NCBI GenBank assembly: GCA_018208355.1
Contig: CP062796.1
Location: 237,217 to 301,216, forward strand
Direction: 5' to 3'
DNA length: 64,000 bases
Origin: Candidatus Fermentithermobacillus carboniphilus
GTDB taxonomy: Bacteria > Bacillota > Sulfobacillia > Fermentithermobacillales > Fermentithermobacillaceae
How positions within the stretch are numbered: the stretch's first letter is position 1; every line of letters begins with the position of its first letter. Positions 1 to 10,168 of this stretch are shown here, piece after piece. A program made the position numbers and the translations under genes. The notes below the pieces were generated by a model. That model did no database searches. It worked only from the letters and a program-made list of their open reading frames with translations, and was not told the origin of the DNA.

Positions 1-567
1 TGCCGGCACGCATTCTATGACTATGGCGAAAGCGCCTGCTTCTTCCAGAGCAACCGCATCGTCTATTATTTTTCTGGCCATCGCAGCGTCTTTCCCTTGG
101 ACCTTGAAGCCTCCCAACGCAGTAGCAGTTTGTGGGGTCAAACCGATGTGCGCCATGACCGGGATGCCGGCTTCTACCATAGCTTTTACGACGGGAGCCA
201 CTGCGACTCCTCCTTCGAGCTTCACACAATCCGCTCCGCCCTCTTTTAGGATCCGGTTCCCGTTCCTCACGGCATCTGCCACACAGGTGTTGTACGAACC
301 AAACGGCATATCTCCTACGATGAAGGTGTGCGGGGCTCCCCTAACAACGGGCTTGATATGATGTATCATGTCATCCATGGTTACCGGAACTGTACAGTCA
401 TACCCGAGCATCACCATCCCCAGCGAATCGCCCACCAGTATGAGCTCGATTTCGCTTTTATCAACGAGTACGGCCTGGGAATAGTCATAGGCCGTCACCA
501 TCTTGATCTTACGACCGGCTTTCTTAAACTCCTTAAAGTCTGGGATAGTCAGTTTCTTTTTGTCCAT
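1..567 (-). CDS. panB: 3-methyl-2-oxobutanoate hydroxymethyltransferase (runs off the window edge)
   Basis: Manual minus-strand translation [47 protein letters not shown]; absent from the ORF track because it is truncated. Confidence 0.95.
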   Translation of the reverse strand, partial: MDKKKLTIPDFKEFKKAGRKIKMVTAYDYSQAVLVDKSEIELILVGDSLGMVMLGYDCTVPVTMDDMIHHIKPVVRGAPHTFIVGDMPFGSYNTCVADAVRNGNRILKEGGADCVKLEGGVAVAPVVKAMVEAGIPVMAHIGLTPQTATALGGFKVQGKDAAMARKIIDDAVALEEAGAFAIVIECVPA

Positions 568-713
568 AAGCTAAGACCTCCGTTCAGTTTTTCGTTGCTA
601 AGAAAGATCGACTAGCGCAACGTATCGCCTCCTGGGCGCCAGAGCGAGGCACCGCGTCTGGGATAATCAGAGCAGGACGTTCTTACGGTAGCCTCGCTCT
701 CCGGCGTCGGCAA

Positions 714-1937
714 TCAAGAGAGACCCAAGAACTTGAGGATACTGAGGGCGTACAGCCGGGTAGTCTCCATAAGCTGATCGATATCGACCCACTCATCGGG
801 CTGGTGAGGGACCTCTCGAACCCCCGACCCTGTCACTACGACAGGTACACCTCCCCATGCCTGAAGGAACGTGCCGTCGGTCGCGCCGGGTACTCCGTCG
901 TAGACCGGTTCCTTGCCCGTCAACTCCCTGTAAGCTTCTGCCACGGCCACCACTATAGGTTCATCTTTCGCTACCTCGGTCACGGGCCTATCTTCGATCC
1001 AATCGAGTTCGATCCTGATCCCCTGGGTATCTTCCTGCTCGATCGTTGCGGCTATCTTCTTTAGCTCTTCAAAGATCTGCCTGTGATCCTGCCCTGGCAC
1101 CGTGCGGATGTCGAGAGCGATAGAGCATTCGGCGGGGATGACGTTGAGCTGCCCTTCTCCAACGGCGGGAGCTCTCACCACCGTCGGGGTCAGGCTCGGG
1201 TATCCCAAGTACTCGTGACGACCAAGTCTGGCAACCTCTCTCTGTTCGAATTGCGCCACAGCCGAAATGAACTTGGCCGCCCTGGTATTCGGGTTAACTC
1301 CCGCATAGGGCATGCATCCGTGCGCCTGTTTCCCCCGGACCGTAACAAGGACCCGCATAGCCCCCTTCTGGGCCACGCAGATCCTGTTGTCCTCCGGCTC
1401 GCACACAAGGGCTCCATCGACGCCTTTCGTCCAACCTTTCCGGATCATGTCTTTTACCCCGATCATCATGCCTTCTTCGTCCACGGGGATTGCCAGGATG
1501 ATCTTGCCGGGGAACTCAATTCCGGAAGCCATTATGGCCTTCACAGCCATGATGGCGGAGGTGATCCCGTTCTTCGTGTCGCAGGCACCCCTTCCGTATA
1601 TCCTGCGACCGACTATCTCAGCCCCAAAGGGGTCGTGGGACCAGAGAGCCCTGTTGCCTGGCGTGACGACATCAGTGTGCGCTTCGAGTAAAATGCACTT
1701 ACCGGGTCTTTTGCCTCTCAGTATCCCTATGACATTTGGCCTGCCCGGCGCGACCTCCTCCACGTGCACCTCGAGTCCCATGCCTCGCAAATAGTCGGCG
1801 ACATAAAGTGCGACCTTCTCCTCGTTGCAACCGGGCTGGTCAGGAATGAAGACGCTCGGTATTTTGATGAGGTCACAAAGTAGCCCGACAACCTCTGTTT
1901 CGTCTATGTGCTTCAATACCTGCTCTCTCAGATTCAT
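714..1937 (-). CDS. M20 family metallo-amidohydrolase (ArgE/DapE-like)
   Basis: HTDVV, GRGACDTK, DEE, EPE and C-terminal HQPDE motifs; start taken at MNLREQ. Confidence 0.9.
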   Translation of the reverse strand: MNLREQVLKHIDETEVVGLLCDLIKIPSVFIPDQPGCNEEKVALYVADYLRGMGLEVHVEEVAPGRPNVIGILRGKRPGKCILLEAHTDVVTPGNRALWSHDPFGAEIVGRRIYGRGACDTKNGITSAIMAVKAIMASGIEFPGKIILAIPVDEEGMMIGVKDMIRKGWTKGVDGALVCEPEDNRICVAQKGAMRVLVTVRGKQAHGCMPYAGVNPNTRAAKFISAVAQFEQREVARLGRHEYLGYPSLTPTVVRAPAVGEGQLNVIPAECSIALDIRTVPGQDHRQIFEELKKIAATIEQEDTQGIRIELDWIEDRPVTEVAKDEPIVVAVAEAYRELTGKEPVYDGVPGATDGTFLQAWGGVPVVVTGSGVREVPHQPDEWVDIDQLMETTRLYALSILKFLGLS

Positions 1938-1966
1938 GTGGTAGTCCCCTCTCAATCGCCTTTTTG

Positions 1967-3436
1967 TCACACACCCCAGAATTTCTTTATGGTTTCTAAC
2001 TTCGGCGGAGGAGTCAGGTAGGAAACCAGCAGCCCGACCACTCCGCTTATGACCATAGTTGGGACTATTGGGTGAAGGCCCATGGGTCTGGGAAGTTTCG
2101 AGGTAAACCATATGAAAGATGCTACACCGGAAAGTTGGGCAGCGATCATACCGGCTGCATTAGCTCGCTTCGAATAAAGACCCATGAGTAGCGGCCAGAA
2201 AAACGCGGCCTCGAGTCCGCCGAAAGCAAACAGGTTGATCCATACTATGGTGCTGGGCGGCTTGATGGACAGCGCCAAGACTAACAGGACGATCGCCGCG
2301 TTCATGGCCCGGCTGAGCTTCTCAATCCTCTTCTCGTCGGCATTGGGGTTCATGTAGTTTAGATAAATATCTTTAACAATCGTCCCTGCTACGTAGACAA
2401 GCTGGGAGTCCACGGTCGAGATTATGGCAGCAAGTGGTGCTGTCAGAACCAGCGCGGCACCGATGGGATGTAGCACTTTCATGGCAAGGGTGGGTATGAC
2501 CATGTCGGTTACCTTTACGTCAGGTACTATTGCTCGGGCGAACGCACCGATGGTATGCATTCCCAGCATAAGTAGGCCAATGACCACGGTCCCGATGACG
2601 ATGGCCGTGTGCATGGCCTTTGAATCTTTGTACGCCATTGCCCTGACCGCCGTTTGAGGCAACCCGAGGGTCCCTATACAGACGAGCACCCAGAAAGAAG
2701 AGACCCAGGGTACGGATATGAAATTCTTCACCCCGTACGGAGTAAGGAGGTCGGGATTGACGCTCTTTAAGTTGGAGATAATTGCACCTATTCCACCGCC
2801 TGCCTTGACCGTGGCAACGAACAACGCTATCGTTCCTATTGACATGAGGGTACCGTTTATCGAGTCATTCAGGGCTACCGCCGTGAAGCCACCCAGTACT
2901 AGGTACACCATGACGACGATGCTAAAAACAACGAGGCACCAAACGTAGTTGAGTCCGGTCAACGATTCGATAATACGTGCCCCTCCCAGGAACTGGGCCG
3001 CTATAGCCGCCACCAGGAAAACAACGATGAAGAAAGCAGAGGTAATGGTCAAGAAAGCATTGCCTTCATACCGTTCTCTGAGGAAGTCGACGACCGTTAC
3101 TGCACCTATCTTACGCCCTACGATGTTGAATCTCTTACCGAGCACCCCGAGGGTAACGTACATGGCGGGCAGCTGTATCATCGCAAGGAGGACCCACCCA
3201 AATCCCTGGTTATACGCCATACCCGGTCCACCTAAGAAGCTCGAACCGCTAGTATATGTGGCCACGAGAGTCATGGCAAGGACAAACCCCGGTAGTGAGC
3301 GCCCCCCAAGGAAGTAGTCGGTGACAAACCCTGCTGAACTTCCTCGCTGCTTCAGCCGAGAAACGACAATACCCGTGCCTGTAAGGATGACAAGATACAC
3401 AAGGAGTAGTACAGTGAGAACACCGCTATAAGTCAT
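1967..3436 (-). CDS. panF: Sodium/pantothenate symporter (SSS family)
   Basis: DYFLGGR, ATYTSGSSFLGGPG, STVDSQL; upstream yhdT-like gene and nearby panB. Confidence 0.88.
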   Translation of the reverse strand: MTYSGVLTVLLLVYLVILTGTGIVVSRLKQRGSSAGFVTDYFLGGRSLPGFVLAMTLVATYTSGSSFLGGPGMAYNQGFGWVLLAMIQLPAMYVTLGVLGKRFNIVGRKIGAVTVVDFLRERYEGNAFLTITSAFFIVVFLVAAIAAQFLGGARIIESLTGLNYVWCLVVFSIVVMVYLVLGGFTAVALNDSINGTLMSIGTIALFVATVKAGGGIGAIISNLKSVNPDLLTPYGVKNFISVPWVSSFWVLVCIGTLGLPQTAVRAMAYKDSKAMHTAIVIGTVVIGLLMLGMHTIGAFARAIVPDVKVTDMVIPTLAMKVLHPIGAALVLTAPLAAIISTVDSQLVYVAGTIVKDIYLNYMNPNADEKRIEKLSRAMNAAIVLLVLALSIKPPSTIVWINLFAFGGLEAAFFWPLLMGLYSKRANAAGMIAAQLSGVASFIWFTSKLPRPMGLHPIVPTMVISGVVGLLVSYLTPPPKLETIKKFWGV

Positions 3437-3732
3437 TTCTTCACCCCCTGTCCAGCCTGGGATTGGCCGCCATCGTCAAGAGGGATATCTTTGAAGTAAA
3501 TCTTGACTGCGTAGTATGCGGCAAAGCTGAAAACAACCCAGCCCATCACGCAGCTCCAGAAAAACCAACCAGGCAATCCAAGGATGAAACCATATTCGCT
3601 CGGGGACTTCGATCCGAGGCCATAGGCAAAGCCGTACCACCAGAGTATGTTGAGCACCAGAAGAATGACCATAACCCAAGTTTCCTTGTTGCACTGCTCA
3701 AACCGCGGGTCTTCCTTGAAGTTCTCTTTCAC
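3433..3732 (-). CDS. yhdT: YhdT/DUF997 two-TM protein
   Basis: DPRFEQCNKE..GLPGWF..FKDIPL; 4-nt overlap with panF; GTG start after GGAGG. Confidence 0.85.
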   Translation of the reverse strand: MKENFKEDPRFEQCNKETWVMVILLVLNILWWYGFAYGLGSKSPSEYGFILGLPGWFFWSCVMGWVVFSFAAYYAVKIYFKDIPLDDGGQSQAGQGVKK

Positions 3733-3846
3733 GTTATCCCTCCTCTGGATCTGGAGTCTGGTACATGAGCCCGGTAACGCCCGTGAACTTACGTTCCTCG
3801 CACCGAAAAGACACAAGAGATACTATCTACTTTCAACCCCCTCCCT

Positions 3847-5238
3847 TTAAGCATCTTTCTCCACTGCAGTTCCACTGCTGTTTCCCGCTGCTATCCACGT
3901 CGCCAGTCCTGCGACCAGCGACGGAATAACCCAGCCTAATCCCTGCTCCCCTCCGGGAACGGCCGCAATGTACCTGTTCAGGAAGGTTATGAGTGCCGTT
4001 AAGAACCGGTTACCTTCGACCGGCCCGAACCAAATGAGCAAAGCATCCACCCAGCCCAGAATGAGGCTCGTCCATGCGGCAACGCGGATACAAGCTGCAT
4101 GGCGGTTTGACCGCCATGGCTGTAGAAGACTGTAACCGATGGTTAGCACTATCGACGGAGGATACGTGATGCTGAATAACGGTGCCGTGAACTGAATAAT
4201 ACGACTGAGCCCCATGCTTGAAACGAGCATAGAAACGGCGGAAATGCCGACAGCAGCCGCATTGTACGAAAGCCGACCCTTGGTGAGTTCCTCGATATAA
4301 GAAGATACACCCGCATTGCAGCCGATGGCGGTCGTGAGAGCTGCAAGCAGCAACCCCAAGTTAAAAAGGGCCCCGCCTACCCGCCCCCACAGACGCATAA
4401 CGACTGAAGCGTAAAGGTCTGCATAGCGAAGCTCTTCGAACTCGTGCCCGGTGCGAGCCCCAACAAGCATGTGGCCCAGGTGGGTCAGACAGAGGATACC
4501 GATTCCAATTGCTGCGGTTAGCATAAGGTATCTAAGCTGATCGCCTTCGTCCTGTATCCCGCGTCCTTTCAGGTCGAACATGATCAAGCCGGCAAATGCC
4601 AGAGCCACAAGAAGCTCGCTAGTCTGATATCCGCTCACAAACCCCCACGATAACGCATTGTTGCCGTAACTGGGCTCTGCCCATCCACCTATTGGATCCA
4701 GGACTCCCTTCACGATGATCGCGAAAACCAGCACAAGGAGAAACGGCACCAGGAACCGACTCATCTTGTCGACGATATCAGAGAGCTTTGCGAGGAACCA
4801 GTATGCAACCATGTAATATGCGAGCTGGAAGACTATCCGTGAAACCACGTTATCCCGCGAGAAGCCGAATAACGTGGATAGGGCATCCCAAGACGCGGCG
4901 CTCATGCGCGGGATGGTGAAGAGCGGCCCGATAATGAGCATGGCCGGCAAAGCGAAGAGATACTCAAAGGCCCGGCCAACGCGTTTGGCCATGGTACTCA
5001 GGCTTCCGCCGCGGGCAACTGCGTAATACGCGACCCAGGGCAGAAAAAGTGCGGTTGGAAAGACTCCGAGGTATACCTCCAGCACATCTCGCCCTGCCAT
5101 CTTCCCCCACGTGACGGGCCAGATCATGCTGGCGCCCCCGAAGTGCATTGAGAATATGGTTCCCCCTATTGAAATCAAGGCGAGCCACGTCAGCCCCTTG
5201 CGTCCCTTGGGATCGCTGATATGTTTTTCCTGTTCCAT
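3847..5238 (-). CDS. BrnQ-like branched-chain amino acid carrier (LIVCS), divergent
   Basis: FSMHFGGASMIWP, IGPLFTIPR, LTTAIG, YPPSIVL; about 12 TM segments. Confidence 0.8.
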   Translation of the reverse strand: MEQEKHISDPKGRKGLTWLALISIGGTIFSMHFGGASMIWPVTWGKMAGRDVLEVYLGVFPTALFLPWVAYYAVARGGSLSTMAKRVGRAFEYLFALPAMLIIGPLFTIPRMSAASWDALSTLFGFSRDNVVSRIVFQLAYYMVAYWFLAKLSDIVDKMSRFLVPFLLVLVFAIIVKGVLDPIGGWAEPSYGNNALSWGFVSGYQTSELLVALAFAGLIMFDLKGRGIQDEGDQLRYLMLTAAIGIGILCLTHLGHMLVGARTGHEFEELRYADLYASVVMRLWGRVGGALFNLGLLLAALTTAIGCNAGVSSYIEELTKGRLSYNAAAVGISAVSMLVSSMGLSRIIQFTAPLFSITYPPSIVLTIGYSLLQPWRSNRHAACIRVAAWTSLILGWVDALLIWFGPVEGNRFLTALITFLNRYIAAVPGGEQGLGWVIPSLVAGLATWIAAGNSSGTAVEKDA

Positions 5239-5740
5239 ACAGTTCGACACTCCATAGGTGATAAGTGTTATTGCACGTACCGCTGCTTTGAATCGGGCCA
5301 GACCACTCACGACGACCGTGGCCTGCCGGTCTGGACAAAGAGGCACCGTTTCACGAAGTTCGCCCATCTTGCTATCAATCCTGTCGAAAGAATTGCTGTA
5401 TATGTGGGACAGTTTTGCTACACAACTCGGTAACAGTTACCAGGTAGGGTTTCACAGGGCATGTTGGGAGAAGCCTCTCTCATACAGACCTCAGGGAATC
5501 TGCCAGCGGCATGGCCAGACCGAAAGCGAGCGGGTGTTTGGATGGCAAATGGGTCTTGCAAGGGCTATTGGTTATGAGGTGGAATACAGGTCAGAGTCCG
5601 GGGTGGATACTACCACGCCCTCTCGGCGGGGAGAAAGGGTTTCGTAGAATAGACTGAAGGTTGAGGGAGACGGGTGCTGGCTAGGGGTACCCGGTCGAGC
5701 GGTGGACATGTTGCGACAGCGACGTCTCCCGGCCTATAGT

Positions 5741-6805
5741 TTAGTTTCCCTGGACACCCTGGAGGTTTGCTTCCAGGTTTACCTGGTACTCGTAAATTAT
5801 CTTGCTAATGCGACCTATCTCTTCAAACCCTGCCTCAACATCATGGTGGCCCTTGGACATAATCGCCACGATATAGGGGTGACCCGCGTAGACCACGCCC
5901 ACGTCGTTGGCCACGCCCGCTACGTCACCCTCTTTGTGGGCGACCACGACTTTGGAAGCGATGAACCGGTTGAGACCGGTGTTCCAGATAGTATGGGCCA
6001 GATCGTACATGAGTTTTTCGCCCTCGGGGTTCTCATTTGCGAACAATAGGGCGGCCTTCATGTACGTCGCCATGTCCCGGGGCGTAGAGACATTCTGCCC
6101 GTCCGGATATACGACGGTGCCGCCCAGGTCAGCCATAAACCGGGCGATGTTCTCTTTGCCCAAACGCCTCTCGAGCATCTTCCATGCCACGTTATCGCTT
6201 TCAACAATGGCTTTCTCACACAGCTCGCGTATTGTGAAAGTATCGTAATCCTTGGCCGTAAACTGCAAAGATCCAGCTCCAGACCTCCAATCTCTCGAGG
6301 CGATGTAAGTCAGGCGCTCGTCCCAGGAAATCTGCCCTTGAGACACAAGATAACTTGCGTAAAGTACTACCGGTACCTTCACTGTGCTAGCTGCCGGAAC
6401 CCATAGGTCAGGATTGACTCCGAAGGTCTTACCAGAGGTAAGGTCTTCGAAGTAAATTCCCCATTCCTGGCCAGTTGCCTTGTTAAGGTCCTCAATGTAA
6501 ACCTCAAGCTGCTTTTCTAGAGGTTCATAATCCGGGTTCCACCTGTGCTCGTTGTCCTTGACCCGTGCCAGGTGCTCTTCCCCGTTTCGTTCCGGCGATA
6601 CTTTCACATCTTCCTCGCTAGAACTGTGGCTATAATCATCTGAAGCCACGCCTTGCTGCCAGGGCGCGGCCCGGGCTAGACTTTCACCCTTATTACCCGT
6701 TTGTCCTTTAGGAATGTGTCCCCGAAAACCTGTAATTCCACCAAATACACCAAATGATATTATGAGCGCCACTGCGAGTAGCTGTTTCACGACGATTGGC
6801 TTCAT
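5741..6805 (-). CDS. Serine hydrolase, class A beta-lactamase-like fold, N-terminal membrane anchor
   Basis: ASTVK (SxxK), SDN, HKEG (KTG-like). Confidence 0.85.
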   Translation of the reverse strand: MKPIVVKQLLAVALIISFGVFGGITGFRGHIPKGQTGNKGESLARAAPWQQGVASDDYSHSSSEEDVKVSPERNGEEHLARVKDNEHRWNPDYEPLEKQLEVYIEDLNKATGQEWGIYFEDLTSGKTFGVNPDLWVPAASTVKVPVVLYASYLVSQGQISWDERLTYIASRDWRSGAGSLQFTAKDYDTFTIRELCEKAIVESDNVAWKMLERRLGKENIARFMADLGGTVVYPDGQNVSTPRDMATYMKAALLFANENPEGEKLMYDLAHTIWNTGLNRFIASKVVVAHKEGDVAGVANDVGVVYAGHPYIVAIMSKGHHDVEAGFEEIGRISKIIYEYQVNLEANLQGVQGN

Positions 6806-7031
6806 CTTTTCCACCTCTCTTCTCTTGGACAAATGAAAACACCGACTATTGAGACATTTTATCATAATTATGTAAACATCACCAGCATGGTGTAGGGTTG
6901 TTCTCTGAAAACGAAGAAAAACTCCCCCAGAACCTAGAAACCAGGAAAATAGAACCGGAAACAGCAGGTGATCTAAGGTTCCAATTCACCGTCGCGGACA
7001 AACGCGTTTTGCTCTCAGTCCGGGCGTTCTT

Positions 7032-8096
7032 TCATGAGTACTTATGACACCAAACACTGTGGGCCCCAGCGGGTTTTTCGTCATAAGAAACTACGTATTT
7101 GGGCGGGGATTCTCTAGTACATACGGGCATCGCGACGGGACACCTGGTTTGAAACTTGCAACCGGGTGGTGGATTGACTGCTGTGGGAACAGTACCCTTT
7201 AAATAAATTTCCTCCTTCGATGCGCGATTTTCCACTCTGGGAATGGCCGAAAGCAACGCCCTGGTATAAGGATGAAGCGGATTTTCGAAAATGTCTTCTG
7301 TAGGGCCAATTTCAACGATATTGCCGAGATACATCACTGCAATGCGGTGGCTTACATAATGAACCACCGCCAAGTCGTGGGAAATGAAAAGGTAAGTCAG
7401 CCCAAATTCTTTTTGGAGGTCTAAGAGAAGATTGAGCACCTGGGCCTGAATGGAAACATCCAGGGATGAAACAGGTTCGTCGGCTACGATGAAAGATGGC
7501 CCCACGGCTAGAGCCCTGGCTATCCCAATTCTCTGTCTCTGGCCCCCGCTAAACTGTCTTGGATAAAAATCGATATGCTCCGGCTTCAAGCCAACCTTAC
7601 GCAACAGTTCGACGGTTTCTTCTTCCCTCTCCTCCAGAGGTACTCCACGCTGCTCCAGAGCAACCCCGATTATTTGTCTCACGGTCTTGCGCGGGTTTAA
7701 AGAACTATAAGGATTCTGAAAGATCATTTGAATCCTCTTCCTTTTTTCATGAATGGCTCCTTTTTCTTCTGAAGACTTTTGAGAAGAGGCTGCGCCCTGA
7801 TCGACCCTGACGCCGTCAAACCAGATTTCTCCCGCAGTTGGGGCGTAAAGCCCCACAATTACACGGCCCAGGGTACTTTTACCGCAGCCAGATTCGCCCA
7901 CTAAGCCCAGAGTTTCACCCTGATATATATCGAGGGTAACCCCATCTACAGCTTTTGTGACTTTCTCGGAAGCCCTTCCTATTATCCGCTCCAAGAAAGT
8001 GGGCCTGTGGTAGAAATACTTGTGAACATCCTTGGCTTTCAGTAGCAACATGGTGTCTAAATCCGATTCGAAAGGTTTCTTTGGGAGTTTATTCAT
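7032..8096 (-). CDS. Peptide/nickel ABC transporter ATPase (OppF-like)
   Basis: GESGCGKS, FSGGQRQR, DEP, HPYT, C-terminal Cys motif. Confidence 0.93.
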   Translation of the reverse strand: MNKLPKKPFESDLDTMLLLKAKDVHKYFYHRPTFLERIIGRASEKVTKAVDGVTLDIYQGETLGLVGESGCGKSTLGRVIVGLYAPTAGEIWFDGVRVDQGAASSQKSSEEKGAIHEKRKRIQMIFQNPYSSLNPRKTVRQIIGVALEQRGVPLEEREEETVELLRKVGLKPEHIDFYPRQFSGGQRQRIGIARALAVGPSFIVADEPVSSLDVSIQAQVLNLLLDLQKEFGLTYLFISHDLAVVHYVSHRIAVMYLGNIVEIGPTEDIFENPLHPYTRALLSAIPRVENRASKEEIYLKGTVPTAVNPPPGCKFQTRCPVAMPVCTRESPPKYVVSYDEKPAGAHSVWCHKYS

Positions 8097-8097
8097 G

Positions 8098-9153
8098 TCA
8101 TTGGTCCTGATCCCTATCATGATCCACCACCATGTCCAATTCTTCCTCGAGAACCCGTTCCTCGAAGACTTCGTTGATGCGCCACCGCTCACACCTTACT
8201 TTTCTTCGCCCGTCAACAGACATAAGTCTCTGGTTCTTTAGCCGGCAGGTCCTGGCACGACGGCTGCACCGCGGGTAAAACGCGCATCCCGGGATCGAAC
8301 CTGTGAGGTCAGGCACCTGTCCGGGAATGGACGTCAGGCGCTCCCTTCGTTGAAAACGTGGGAGGCAGTTCAAAAGGCCTTGTGTATACGGGTGCAGCGG
8401 ATTCGAAAGGACTTCATCTGTCGGTCCTTCTTCGATAATTTGGCCAGCGTACATTACGGCGATCCTGTGGCAAAACTGGGACGCCACAGCAAGGTTATGG
8501 GTTACCAGTATGATAGCGGTGCCGTTATCCTTGTTGATGTTCGCAAGCAGATCCAGTATCTGTGCTTGTATGGTAACGTCCAAGGCGGTCGTGGGTTCGT
8601 CGGCAAGTATCAGCTTAGGCCGGCAGGCCAGAGCTATGGCGATCATTACCCGTTGCTGCATGCCGCCACTTAGTTGATGGGGATAAAGCTCGAGGACGGT
8701 CTCGGGAGACGGAATCCCCACTCGCTCTAAAAGTTTAACCAGCTGCCTTTGTCCGTCTTCCGTCCGATTCCATAGACCGTGCACGTTGAGGGCTTCCTTT
8801 ATCTGCGTCCCGATTTTGTGGGCGGGATTCAACGCAGACATAGGGTCCTGGAGGATCATGCTCACGGTCTTTCCTCTCACTTTCCGGACTTCTCCTTCAT
8901 CGAGCTCCAGAATATTTTGCCCGTCTAAGATTATTTGACCCGAAGTAATCTTCCCGGGAAACGGAACAAGACGCATGGTGGCAAGGAGAGTGGCGCTTTT
9001 GCCGCATCCCGATTCTCCTACCAGACCGAGAATCTCTCCTTCTTTAACCTGTAGGTCTACTCCCCTGACCGCTCGAACAGTTCCATTTTCCGTGGGGTAC
9101 TCAACCCTCAAATCTGCAATAGCGAGTATCTCTTTCGGTCCTCTTTCCACCAC
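8098..9153 (-). CDS. Peptide/nickel ABC transporter ATPase (OppD-like)
   Basis: GESGCGKS, LSGGMQQR, DEPTTALDV. Confidence 0.93.
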   Translation of the reverse strand: MVERGPKEILAIADLRVEYPTENGTVRAVRGVDLQVKEGEILGLVGESGCGKSATLLATMRLVPFPGKITSGQIILDGQNILELDEGEVRKVRGKTVSMILQDPMSALNPAHKIGTQIKEALNVHGLWNRTEDGQRQLVKLLERVGIPSPETVLELYPHQLSGGMQQRVMIAIALACRPKLILADEPTTALDVTIQAQILDLLANINKDNGTAIILVTHNLAVASQFCHRIAVMYAGQIIEEGPTDEVLSNPLHPYTQGLLNCLPRFQRRERLTSIPGQVPDLTGSIPGCAFYPRCSRRARTCRLKNQRLMSVDGRRKVRCERWRINEVFEERVLEEELDMVVDHDRDQDQ

Positions 9154-9201
9154 GTAGGCCACCTCCCTTTCCGTTCTTTCGTAACGAGGTAACATCAAAA
9201 A

Positions 9202-10128
9202 TCAAAATGTGTGGAAATAATCCGGGTTCAAGACGTCTCGTAATGCTTCGCCCAAAAGGTTAATGGCGAGAACGAGAATAACTAAGAAAAGTCCGGGCAG
9301 AACCGACAGCCACCAGGCATTCAGTATGAACCGGTACCCATCCTGTATCATAGAGCCCCAAGCAGGCACTCCCGGGGGTATCCCTATGCCGAGAAAACTC
9401 AACGAGGCTTCCATGACTATCATTGTTCCCATACGCAGAGTGCCGACGACAATGAGAGGATTAATCATGTTTGGAAGAATCTCCGATACCATGATCGAAA
9501 AGTTGGACCTTCCCAGAACTCTGGCCGCTTCCACATATTCTCTAGTCTTTTCCGATAGAACTCCCGCTCTTGCCAACCTGAAAAACTCAACCCATCCTTT
9601 GAACGACAATGCCCATATCAGGTTCCAAAAACCTGGTCCAAGCATTGCCATGGTTCCAATAGCGAATATTAGGTATGGAAAAGCCAACAAGACTTCGGTA
9701 AACCTGGATAGCGCCATATCAAAGACGCCTCCATAATAACCAGCTATCATCCCCAAAGTCCCGCCGACTACGGTTGAAATCGCAACAGTTATAACTCCCA
9801 CAAGAATGGATACGCGGGCGCCATAGATTATTCGTGTGAACACATCTCGTCCCAGGTGATCCGTGCCCATGAGATACCTTCCAGTCAAGGATGGTGGGAT
9901 GAGCCTCGCGTTCAGGTTTATTTCATCAGGGGCAAAGGGTGTAATGTACGGGGCGAATATTGCGGCAAGCACGAACACAGTTGCGATAACAGCCCCAATT
10001 ACAGCCGAAGGGTTCTTCCGAAACCGCCTTATCATCTTGCGGGTATTTTCGGCCCAAAGACGCATTCGTATCCGAAAGAGAAAGCATCTGGTTTGAACAT
10101 TTTTTGAAGATAGATCCTGACGGGTCAT
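9202..10128 (-). CDS. Peptide ABC permease (OppC-like)
   Basis: GTDHLGRDVFTRIIYGAR, EAA loop YVEAARVLG. Confidence 0.93.
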   Translation of the reverse strand: MTRQDLSSKNVQTRCFLFRIRMRLWAENTRKMIRRFRKNPSAVIGAVIATVFVLAAIFAPYITPFAPDEINLNARLIPPSLTGRYLMGTDHLGRDVFTRIIYGARVSILVGVITVAISTVVGGTLGMIAGYYGGVFDMALSRFTEVLLAFPYLIFAIGTMAMLGPGFWNLIWALSFKGWVEFFRLARAGVLSEKTREYVEAARVLGRSNFSIMVSEILPNMINPLIVVGTLRMGTMIVMEASLSFLGIGIPPGVPAWGSMIQDGYRFILNAWWLSVLPGLFLVILVLAINLLGEALRDVLNPDYFHTF

Positions 10129-10168
10129 AAGTTTCGATTATCCTCCTGCCTACGTTCACTGTTTCGGC

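Noticed and set aside
5741..6805. Calling this a true beta-lactamase resistance gene
   Set aside because: KEG replaces KTG and no class A omega-loop ExxLN motif is evident; it fits the broader serine hydrolase/PBP-like group.
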